From a virus (Duplodnaviria > Caudoviricetes): DNA of 32,648 bases. Position 1 is the stretch's first letter. Every line of letters starts with the position of its first letter. The translations under genes were made by a program, and so were the position numbers. The notes beneath the pieces were generated by a model, which saw only the letters and a program-made list of their open reading frames with translations, had not been told where the DNA came from and ran no database searches. Positions 8,501 through 16,552 of this stretch are shown here, piece by piece. The stretch spans positions 1 through 32,648 of the IMG/VR virus record IMGVR_UViG_3300011339_000531; one strand, 5' to 3'.

Positions 8501-9832
8501 TACTCTCGTCAAAATGATGATTTAGCTTTCTTTGTACAGCCTGCTAACATGCAAAATTGTGGAGCTAACGATATCCGAGCTTACTTATCTAATGTTAAAA
8601 TTAACGAAGAGACTATAGATTCTTGGACCAAGTTTGGCTTAAATAACTACTATGATGTAGATGACTATGGGCCTATTAATAAAGTACTCAATTGGAAAGA
8701 TATTGTATACTTTATTCAAGACAAAGGGATAGGTGCTTATGCTGTAAACCGTGCAGCCATCACTACTACTGCTGATGGAGTGCCCACACAATTGGGAACA
8801 GGACAAGGTTTTGGTAAACACATCTATTTCTCTAAAGTACATGGAGCTATTCATCAATGGGCAGTACAAACTACCGAAGCAGGTATTTACTTCTTTGATG
8901 CATTTCATAGAAAGATATTTATGATGCAAGCGTCAGGAGGACAGACTGCCAACAATGCTGTATCGGAAATTAAGGGAATGCATAGTTTGTTACAATCCCT
9001 TCCTGCAGAAGTATTTACTCGTAAAGAAAATGGAGGAGATAATCCTATTTTAGGTAAAGGAGTACACATTGGTAAAGACATTATCAATGATGAAGTACTA
9101 TTTACTTTTATGAGTAAAGCTCGTTTTAGAATTTTAGTAACAGAGGCTTTATACACTGAAGGGACTCTTGTTTATTATGAAGATAATAATACTTACTACT
9201 ACGTAACTAATACATTTACTTCAGGTAGTACTATAATGGCTGCAGCAGTAACATTGCTTGCCAATAGTATACCAGCAACTGCAAAGCAAGTGTTTAACTC
9301 TGAGACATTAGTATTTGATGAATTAGCTCAACAGTTTTCTTCAAGATATTCTATGACTCCAACTATTTGGATTCAGAATGGAGATATTATTTTAACTCCT
9401 GATCCATTAGTGCAACAAGCTCTTTATACTAATGCTATCGGAGATTGGGGAGTATTCTATGATAAACAAGAAACATGTGAATTAACTTTAGTAGTTAATC
9501 CACAAGCAGATGTAAATAAAGTACTACGTACAATGGAATTTAATTCTATTGTAAGAGATGATAATAAAGTAGTCGATAGAGGACAGACTATTACTGCATT
9601 TAGAATTTCTACGCAATATCAAGATACTAACATTGTACCTTTTTCTACAGATAGATTTAGAAGAAAATTTGACAAGTGGAGATTAAAAATTCCAAGAGAT
9701 CAAAATAGTACTAGCCAACATGGACGTTTGCGCAGTACATATTTTGTGGTAACTTTATACTTTGATAACTCTCAGAACAAAGAGTTAATCATGAATCGTT
9801 TAATGTCTTACTTTGATCATCAAGTATTCTAA
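5519..9832 (+). CDS. Tail stabilisation / muzzle protein (crAss001 gp44-like, P22 gp10-related)
   Basis: 1437 aa beta-rich. N-terminal GMNKD, VYWTDYNN, GGSLSTGVYQIAYRL, GYKRGETYRFGIVFY, FGGDIFI and C-terminal RRKFDKWRLKIPR...RLRSTY are motifs typical of this family. Confidence 0.85.
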   Translation: MEQHINTYQGMNKDTAYDSLAATFYIDALDIRITTTTGESLGGYTNIKGNSLAVKLETEGEFNGDVWTALNPVVIGYATIRTKIILFVADDEGNKGWIYNLEYDPADKSIIVFDLIYYNKFLNFKKKWPIEALGRYEAECTQRVYWTDYNNFFRSLNVVDPNLATLPLGLVDIFPDVKFTQPLLTTVAGGGSLSTGVYQIAYRLITQDGKETLISPPSNLIHIVSDSESGIPSNQYNGNSTVVNSGKAITITLDTSNYWDFYKIEFIGIYKSSDTATTSVVSIEQMTIANQATITFTYTGGETTIFDLELLDFLSRNYAFKTPKTITQKDNSLLIANIKESVVSLKDLLPDGETFNSLTGRYNSAGDLPTLDPLENAFNTAYNSDAHWNPDWQTDSQYRYLSNGIRLGGQGPNIQYTFHLEPFTLDNTNNLSTNIGQTFVPSSPDVTAHDLNDGYGPYANTTFPNHASPFISGLLRGYKRGETYRFGIVFYTNKGETTFVEYIGDIKFPDISEVDSVTNDSGYRFWPISSKKDLNGSTTGYAMGIQFKIDFNTCPGLLDQITGYQIVRVKRENVDKRRLTQGLLKGFYYNPILPTDPNDPPPYDFDLRVNKNHNVVHIYPYYPMGSDSGDPIANNASFATLEDSSGSSYIPEFSDYKRLGAYLGFYSPEISFDKNNVADLMLNLGTNPCLLITGAYTNRQFSGSGVYDWSSENLGESSRDYRTLYYDTFPVNTGIENIKRWQFNAKLKMEDTSDYSSKVTPMFSGYYMRNYWCMDDFTSSNINTNPNQPQAGGGSNNIPEIYKGGSSVIGKVAKISTDFFTNTPIVGSTADYFKAPTDVFPLNRTTFAVNTDYDNCFPITECILPKSEVYGGYTQNSLEANQFMPASPIIDPTNPNPRVFGGDIFINMFVVQTGLVEFRTQFYQGNQKYRRDNTNTDIVALESDLNLELANGATLRTGVIYEFGNLANPQFRQETNNKEAIYAEVLNMYNYNTVYSRQNDDLAFFVQPANMQNCGANDIRAYLSNVKINEETIDSWTKFGLNNYYDVDDYGPINKVLNWKDIVYFIQDKGIGAYAVNRAAITTTADGVPTQLGTGQGFGKHIYFSKVHGAIHQWAVQTTEAGIYFFDAFHRKIFMMQASGGQTANNAVSEIKGMHSLLQSLPAEVFTRKENGGDNPILGKGVHIGKDIINDEVLFTFMSKARFRILVTEALYTEGTLVYYEDNNTYYYVTNTFTSGSTIMAAAVTLLANSIPATAKQVFNSETLVFDELAQQFSSRYSMTPTIWIQNGDIILTPDPLVQQALYTNAIGDWGVFYDKQETCELTLVVNPQADVNKVLRTMEFNSIVRDDNKVVDRGQTITAFRISTQYQDTNIVPFSTDRFRRKFDKWRLKIPRDQNSTSQHGRLRSTYFVVTLYFDNSQNKELIMNRLMSYFDHQVF

Positions 9833-12800
9833 TGAACAAGACTCCTAGTATTATCGACACGTATTACAAATCTTTAGGAACAAAGATTTATAGAGATACA
9901 ACTGCTTTACCTTTTGCAGATGGTGGTCCTCTTAACGATAGAAATATTCATGGAGATTTATTGCCAAGTGTATACGCATCAGCATTAGGAAGATACTACG
10001 GCAATGGAGGAAAATTCTTAACTGCAGGAGGAGAGTATCATCGTATATATAAAAATCCTGAAGGAGATATAATGGTAAATCATCCTCAAGAAGATAAAGG
10101 AAAATGGGATACTATCAACCTAACAGAAAAAGCAGATGCTAATACAATCACTGAAGGTGTAGAAGCAACTAAACAATGGCATGCAGATAATCCTAATGTG
10201 TACGGTAGTGGTGGACAATTAAAACCTGATTACTCTTTACCAGAAGATAGCTTTCAGCAAGGAGGTAGAGGATTAAAAAACAGCGTATATGCATCAAGCA
10301 TGGGACAATACCCTGCTCCTTATGCAGAAGGAGGACCACTAAATGGTGATCCTGGTCCTAAGCCAAAATTTAAACCTCAACCTAAACCTTTAGTTATAAC
10401 AGATCCTAAGGAATACGCTTATAGAAAAGCTGCATATGATGATAGTCTTTGGTTATATCAAAACAATTTAAGGATACCTGCTTTAATGCAACCTTATAAA
10501 TCTAAGTATAAGAAAAATGATAGTTGGCTTGAAAAATTAGCTAAATGGTCTGTTGATGAAAAAGTAATTAATAGAAAAAACCTAACACTAACACCTCAAC
10601 AATTTAACCAAGGATTAAAAACAACCTGGTATCAATCAGGTATAGGAAGACTTATTAATCCAGTAGGAGATGGTAAAAGTCAAGACCTTAATCATTTATA
10701 TACTACAAATGAAGCTGATAAGCATACATATTCTCCTGCATATGATGCGTATTATGATATTGGTAAATCTAAAAATGAAAAAACAGGATACTATTTAACA
10801 GGTCATAGAGATTTACCTAATAATGAGCCTATTAGTTATGTAGGTAATAGTATGAGAAGTAAAAATAATACAGGGGAATCAGGACAATTTATTTCTCAAT
10901 TTGAACCGCGCTATAAAAAACCAGTACAACCAGTACTTTTTAAAGAAGAGATAAAGCCTATTAAAAAAACTTATCCCCCTGTGGTTAAAAAACCAGTTAC
11001 CTATATAAATCCTCCAGTAGAAGAAATAATCCCTACTGAGCAACCACAACCACCTATTCAAGATAATTATCCACCACCTCCATCAGCAGAAGGATTTCCT
11101 CCAGGACCTCCACCACCTCCTCCATTTAATGGAGTAGAACCATTTATACAAGGAGATCCTATTCCTGAATATGCTACACCAGATCCTGGAGCAGAATTTG
11201 TTCCTGATACAGAGAGGTACATTGATTGGAACGGTAATAGCATTGGCTTTAATGGAGTTAGATTTAGAAAACCTGGACATGGAGGAGATTTAATTAAAAA
11301 AGGAAGTAGACATTATCTTCATTACCCAAGTATTGAAACTAGGCATTCTGCGGATATTGTCCCAGAAGATACAGAAGAGTTTGCGCAGGGAGGAATGATG
11401 AATCAATATCCAGATGGAGGACCTATTTATACTTATGCAAAACGTCCAGGCTCGTATTATCAAAAAGATAATAACGGCCAATGGTATATTAGTAATAAAG
11501 GGACAGGTGGACAATACGTACCTGTAGATGATCCAAGCGGACAACGTGCTGCTGCACTAAACAAAGGAGCAGTAGTAACTATGGCAAATCCTACTGCGGA
11601 TAAATATAGTAATGTTGCCCCTTCTTACGACAAATCGCCGATGGTGCAAAGTGTTGCAGGCAGGACAGAAGCAGAAAGGCAGCCAGTTGAAAATGATATC
11701 TATTCTCAAAATTTTATGTCTCAAATGAGACAAGATACGGCAGAGTCACAAAAAAATGCACTACCTCAACATGAACAACCACTAGTTGCACAAGATTGGC
11801 TTTGGACTTTACCAATGATGGGGGGTTCGGCAATTAAAAGTGCTGGCACAGCTTTAGCAGATGGTATAGGAGCATTAGGAACAAAAGCTGCACCTTATAT
11901 TACAGGAGCACTAGAAACATCAATACCAGGTATGGCTTCTGTGCCTGGAGCAACTGTAGGTAATGCAGTAGCAGCAGGATTTGCCGCTGATGCGGCAGTA
12001 AATAGACTGCCTAAAATTCCAGGTCAAATTTCTAGAGGAGAATATACAGATGCTGCTGCAAATGCTTTAACAGGTGTTCTTGATGTAGCTGGAGCAGGTG
12101 TAATGTCTCCATTATATCAAGGAGCTAAATCAACAGCATCTGAATTTGGTAAATTGTTAAATACAGAGGACGGATTACTATCTAATACTTATAAAGTAAA
12201 TCCTTTTGCTTTTAAACCAAATCCAAATGCTTATTATAGGGGAATCGGTAAAGCAGGCATGGATGATGCACTCAACACAGGAGTTTTACGTTCAAATAAA
12301 ACAGGAACAGGATTAACAAATAATACTACTTATGACGCAGTATTTTTTGACAAAGGCAAAACAAGACTAGCAGATGCTTTGGGTAATGGTAATATTGCTG
12401 AGGTAAGAGACGTACCTATGAAAGAATTTTCTCCTAATCATATGGGTGTAGCTGCTTTTGATGAAAATACAGGAAAATTTTTAAATGAAATTCCTTTAGG
12501 AGATAACACAAGACTATTAAAAAAAGATTGGTTAAAAGGTTACAAAGAAGTTAATAAAGAAATTATTCCAGAATACACCTCTAATAACATATCTCAAAAT
12601 TCTGCAGCAGCAGAAGCTTTAGTAGGAAAACCTTTTATGTCTTTAAATATTCCAAAAGAAGCCTCACAAAATCTTGCTGATAAATCTTTTTCCAAACTAT
12701 TATCAAATCCTAGTTTTGTCGACCAATTAAAAGAATGGAATTTAGGAGTAAATTCTGATATTAACAGTAACGTAGATTTAAATACAGCATCCGCAATTGA

Positions 12801-13650
12801 TTTACCAAATTTAAGTAAAGAACAAATATTAAAATTAAGTGAACAGCCTATTTTATTTTCAGACGATTTAGCAAAACAATATGAAAATTATGAAAGTGTT
12901 GTTAAAGATGAAAACGGTATGTTTACTAAAGTTAGTGGATTTCATGGACACAATACTCCTTTTGATCAGTTTGATAGATCTTATAGAGGTTTAGGTTTTG
13001 GAAATCAAACAAGTGGAGTTTATTTAGGTAATAAATTTAATCCAATATACGGATTAAATTCTGCAAAAGGAGGTTATGGTTTTAATCCAGATAAACCAGG
13101 AAATGTCACATTTACTCCCTTTGTTTCTGAAGTAACAGCAAAATCGCCCGAAAATTTTTATAGTACAGACGAGCCTTTAACACTAAATGCCAGAAAACAA
13201 ATAGGAACAATTAATGGTATTGATTATACTAATCAAGACAATATGTCTTTAGATGCAATTAAACGTAATATAGCTGAAGGATTAGCAAAAAAAGATTCAT
13301 ATGATTTAAGTAAAGATTTAGATGATAAGCTTACAGGATATCAAACAACCGCTTCTGATTTATTAAGAAGTAAAGGAATACATGGAGAAATAACTAATGA
13401 TGGAGAAATTGTTGCATATGATGAAGGAGATGTAATAAAAGGTAATCAACAACTTTATTATGATAATCCTAATCAAGCTATGTTTGGATTATTTATGCAA
13501 GCTATAGCAAAACCACAAGCTGCTCAAACTGCTTCAGATAAAAAATTAATTAATGCTATGAAACATTATTATGGAGAAAAACCAGGAGATAAAGAAGCAT
13601 TTAAAGATTTTAGAAATGGCGGTATATTACCAAAACTCTACAGAAATTAA
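9832..13650 (+). CDS. Modular virion cargo (ejection) protein with (F/Y)xxGG-delimited modules, Pro-rich linker, Gly/Ala-rich hydrophobic region and C-terminal ADP-ribosyltransferase-like domain(s)
   Basis: TAATG-coupled to the muzzle. Motifs FADGG, YGNGG, YGSGG, FQQGG, YAEGG, FAQGG, YPDGG, FRNGG. Poly-Pro at about 11041-11125. FHG...FDQFD...GFGNQTSGVYL...KGIHG...EIVAYD at about 12940-13440. Confidence 0.65.
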   Translation: MNKTPSIIDTYYKSLGTKIYRDTTALPFADGGPLNDRNIHGDLLPSVYASALGRYYGNGGKFLTAGGEYHRIYKNPEGDIMVNHPQEDKGKWDTINLTEKADANTITEGVEATKQWHADNPNVYGSGGQLKPDYSLPEDSFQQGGRGLKNSVYASSMGQYPAPYAEGGPLNGDPGPKPKFKPQPKPLVITDPKEYAYRKAAYDDSLWLYQNNLRIPALMQPYKSKYKKNDSWLEKLAKWSVDEKVINRKNLTLTPQQFNQGLKTTWYQSGIGRLINPVGDGKSQDLNHLYTTNEADKHTYSPAYDAYYDIGKSKNEKTGYYLTGHRDLPNNEPISYVGNSMRSKNNTGESGQFISQFEPRYKKPVQPVLFKEEIKPIKKTYPPVVKKPVTYINPPVEEIIPTEQPQPPIQDNYPPPPSAEGFPPGPPPPPPFNGVEPFIQGDPIPEYATPDPGAEFVPDTERYIDWNGNSIGFNGVRFRKPGHGGDLIKKGSRHYLHYPSIETRHSADIVPEDTEEFAQGGMMNQYPDGGPIYTYAKRPGSYYQKDNNGQWYISNKGTGGQYVPVDDPSGQRAAALNKGAVVTMANPTADKYSNVAPSYDKSPMVQSVAGRTEAERQPVENDIYSQNFMSQMRQDTAESQKNALPQHEQPLVAQDWLWTLPMMGGSAIKSAGTALADGIGALGTKAAPYITGALETSIPGMASVPGATVGNAVAAGFAADAAVNRLPKIPGQISRGEYTDAAANALTGVLDVAGAGVMSPLYQGAKSTASEFGKLLNTEDGLLSNTYKVNPFAFKPNPNAYYRGIGKAGMDDALNTGVLRSNKTGTGLTNNTTYDAVFFDKGKTRLADALGNGNIAEVRDVPMKEFSPNHMGVAAFDENTGKFLNEIPLGDNTRLLKKDWLKGYKEVNKEIIPEYTSNNISQNSAAAEALVGKPFMSLNIPKEASQNLADKSFSKLLSNPSFVDQLKEWNLGVNSDINSNVDLNTASAIDLPNLSKEQILKLSEQPILFSDDLAKQYENYESVVKDENGMFTKVSGFHGHNTPFDQFDRSYRGLGFGNQTSGVYLGNKFNPIYGLNSAKGGYGFNPDKPGNVTFTPFVSEVTAKSPENFYSTDEPLTLNARKQIGTINGIDYTNQDNMSLDAIKRNIAEGLAKKDSYDLSKDLDDKLTGYQTTASDLLRSKGIHGEITNDGEIVAYDEGDVIKGNQQLYYDNPNQAMFGLFMQAIAKPQAAQTASDKKLINAMKHYYGEKPGDKEAFKDFRNGGILPKLYRN

Positions 13651-13686
13651 ATAAAAATTATTACTTTTAAACTCTAAATTATTACC

Positions 13687-16536
13687 ATGTCTAAAAAAGA
13701 TTTAATTAAACGTGCTGACGGATCATATAGTCCACGCGGATTATGGGATAATATTCGTGCTAATGCAGGTTCTGGAAAGAAACCTAGTAAAGAAATGCTA
13801 GCACAAGAGAAAAAGATTAATAATGAAATGGCTAACGGCGGTAAGATGAGTAGCTTTAAGGCTTCTAATATTCAGACTTATGCTGCAGGAGGTCACATGT
13901 ATCCTAACAGATCACCGATTATTTACAACCCTACAATGGGTGAATCAGAAAATACAGAAGTTATGAATAACTATTCTAAAGGTGGTGGTATCCACATTAA
14001 TCCTGCTAACAAAGGAAAATTTACAGCATCTGCTGATGCAGCAGATATGGGAGTGCAAGAATTTGCATCTCATGTATTAGCTAACAAAGGAAGTTATACT
14101 CCTCTACAAATACAGAGAGCTAATTTTGCACACAATGCTGCAGGATGGCAACATGCTCAAGGAGGATTTAACAATAGAGGTTTTCAATCTTTACCACCAG
14201 AAGTACAAGCTAAGATTAAATCTAATAGTTTTGCTGATGGAGGACAGTTAACAGAGTTTAATGAAGGAGGTACTCACGAAGAAAGTCCTATTGGAGGAAT
14301 TCCACAAGGAATGGCGCCTGATGGTAAAATGAATTTAGTAGAAGAAGGTGAAACTAAATTAAATACAGCTGATTATGTATTCTCTGATCAAATTAAAATA
14401 GATAAAGAGACTGCAGCATTATACGGTTTACCTAAAGGTGACATAGGCAAAACATTTGCTGACATCTCTAAGAAAGTTAATCGACCTAACTCACGTAGAG
14501 ATAACGATACTATTGAACAAGTAGCTATTCAACGTGATTTAGAAAACTTGATGCAAGCTCAAGAAAAACAAAAAGAAATGCAGAAGGATAAGGACGTAGC
14601 AGAGTTTGCTGCTAAATATCCCGACTTAGCACAAAATATGCCTGTTGAAGGGCAAGAGCAACAAATGGTTCCTCAACAACAAATGGGTCAAGATCCAATG
14701 ATGGATCCTAATGCAATGCAACAAGGTATGATGCAAGAGCAAATGAATCCCCCTGCTGGTGTACCACAACAACCTATAGATCCTGCAATGATGGCACAAA
14801 TGCAACAAATGGGCCAAATGCCTATGTCTTACGGAGGTTCTTTATTTAATTGCGGAGGTAAAATGTATAATGCAGGCGGTCATATGTACGCTGTAGGAGG
14901 TAATGTATGGAGAGGTATAGGAGCAGGTGCATATGGTGTAGGAGAAGGATTACTTGACACACTTACTTTTGGACTTACTGATACTATCACCGATAAAGGT
15001 TTTGATAAATTAGCAGGTATGGGAGGAAGATCTACATCAGAAATTGAAAAAGATAAAATGATTCGCGGCTTTGGTAATGCTACTGGAGCTATTGGAGGTG
15101 CAATTCTTACAGGTGGAGCAGCTACTTCTTCTGCAGTTAACGAAGGTATAGAAGGATTGACTTCTGGTGTTACTAACATTAAAGGTACAGACGAAAAGTT
15201 TGATAAAATTGCTGGAGGTATTGGACAAGGTGCATCAATGATAGCAGGTTTTATGGGCCCTCAAGGAGCAACTCAAGCAGTTGAAGGAGCAGCTAAAGGA
15301 GCTACTCAAGCAGCTGGAGTATTTAAAGGTAATGAAGCAGTTAACAAATTAATGAATGCTAAACAAAATCCTTTTATTAATCAAGCAACTCAATTTGCAG
15401 GTAGTGCTATGAATAGTTTTGCTAACGGAGGTCGTATAAATTATTCTATGTACCAACCGTTAGACCATGTAACTCAATACGGAGGCCCACTTAATATGCC
15501 TACTAATGATAATCCGTATGTAAACTTTTTAGCAATGGGTGGACCAGAAGGAGAGACTCCTGCAAACCCAACTAATCCTACTTTAGCATTTAACCTTAAT
15601 GGAATCGTAGCTAACTATACTTTAGAACAAGCATTAGCTGATCCTTTAGTATTAGAAGCTTTTGGTGCACAATCTGATGAAGACGGAAATATGTTAAAAG
15701 CACCGAATTTAGAGGAAGTTAAAAAGGCAATTGCTGCTAGATTTCAAGAAGAAACTGTATCAAATCGTCAAGCAGTAGGTTTAGCTCAAAGTGAATATGA
15801 TGCAGCTTTAAGTGCTGCTGCTAATGCTGAAGCACAGTTACCTGGAGAGACTAAAGCAGAGTACGAAAAAAGAATGAGTGATTTAGAAAAGGCAAATGTT
15901 AATTTAGATCAAAAAGCATTAATAGGTGAAATTAAACAAACTCCTATGCAAGCTGCTATGATGGCATTGCCAGCAGCTTATAATATAGGTAGAGGCCTTT
16001 TTGAAAAAGCAGCTGTGTTAGATTATAATGACTATGCACAGAAAGCTAATATAGATCCTTACACCATGAATATTGACCCACAAATAGCTGAAGTTCGTAA
16101 AGCTTACGCAGGTGCTAATCAAGCAATTAAAAATGCTTCACCAGGAAGCGGAGCTTATTTAGGTAACATGGCAAATGTTGCAGCTAGTAAACAAGAAGCC
16201 ATGAATGACTTGTATACTAAAAAAGAAATGTTTGACAAAGAGGCTAAGTATAAAACTGACATGGCAAACAGAGATATTAATAATAGCAACCTTGCTCTTA
16301 AAATGCAACTTCAGACTTATAACGATGCAGCAAGAGCTGCTAAAATGAAATCTTTACAAGAAGGTTTAGGACAACTTGCTGACATAGCTACTAATGATCA
16401 AGGAATTGATGTACAAACACAGTACTTGAAAGCTATCTCTCCAGATTATGCTGAGAATTTTAAATATTCGAGTATCTTTGATCAAATACAAGCAGCCGCT
16501 AAAGCTAAAAAAGCTAGTAAAACATCAGGCAAATAA
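13687..16536 (+). CDS. Virion cargo protein (crAss001 gp45-like) with glycine-zipper membrane helices
   Basis: EFNEGGTHEESPIGGIPQG...NLVEEGET...DYVFSD block, about 13 xxxGG motifs, Q/M/P low-complexity linker, GxxxG-rich hydrophobic helices (GIGAGAYGVGEG, GAIGGAILTGG) and C-terminal coiled coil. Position after the muzzle fits. Confidence 0.72.
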   Translation: MSKKDLIKRADGSYSPRGLWDNIRANAGSGKKPSKEMLAQEKKINNEMANGGKMSSFKASNIQTYAAGGHMYPNRSPIIYNPTMGESENTEVMNNYSKGGGIHINPANKGKFTASADAADMGVQEFASHVLANKGSYTPLQIQRANFAHNAAGWQHAQGGFNNRGFQSLPPEVQAKIKSNSFADGGQLTEFNEGGTHEESPIGGIPQGMAPDGKMNLVEEGETKLNTADYVFSDQIKIDKETAALYGLPKGDIGKTFADISKKVNRPNSRRDNDTIEQVAIQRDLENLMQAQEKQKEMQKDKDVAEFAAKYPDLAQNMPVEGQEQQMVPQQQMGQDPMMDPNAMQQGMMQEQMNPPAGVPQQPIDPAMMAQMQQMGQMPMSYGGSLFNCGGKMYNAGGHMYAVGGNVWRGIGAGAYGVGEGLLDTLTFGLTDTITDKGFDKLAGMGGRSTSEIEKDKMIRGFGNATGAIGGAILTGGAATSSAVNEGIEGLTSGVTNIKGTDEKFDKIAGGIGQGASMIAGFMGPQGATQAVEGAAKGATQAAGVFKGNEAVNKLMNAKQNPFINQATQFAGSAMNSFANGGRINYSMYQPLDHVTQYGGPLNMPTNDNPYVNFLAMGGPEGETPANPTNPTLAFNLNGIVANYTLEQALADPLVLEAFGAQSDEDGNMLKAPNLEEVKKAIAARFQEETVSNRQAVGLAQSEYDAALSAAANAEAQLPGETKAEYEKRMSDLEKANVNLDQKALIGEIKQTPMQAAMMALPAAYNIGRGLFEKAAVLDYNDYAQKANIDPYTMNIDPQIAEVRKAYAGANQAIKNASPGSGAYLGNMANVAASKQEAMNDLYTKKEMFDKEAKYKTDMANRDINNSNLALKMQLQTYNDAARAAKMKSLQEGLGQLADIATNDQGIDVQTQYLKAISPDYAENFKYSSIFDQIQAAAKAKKASKTSGK

Positions 16537-16552
16537 ATAAATAAAATACATC

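Noticed and set aside
11041-11125. CCA/CCT-rich tract as a DNA repeat element
   Set aside because: Explained by a poly-proline linker with mixed synonymous codons.
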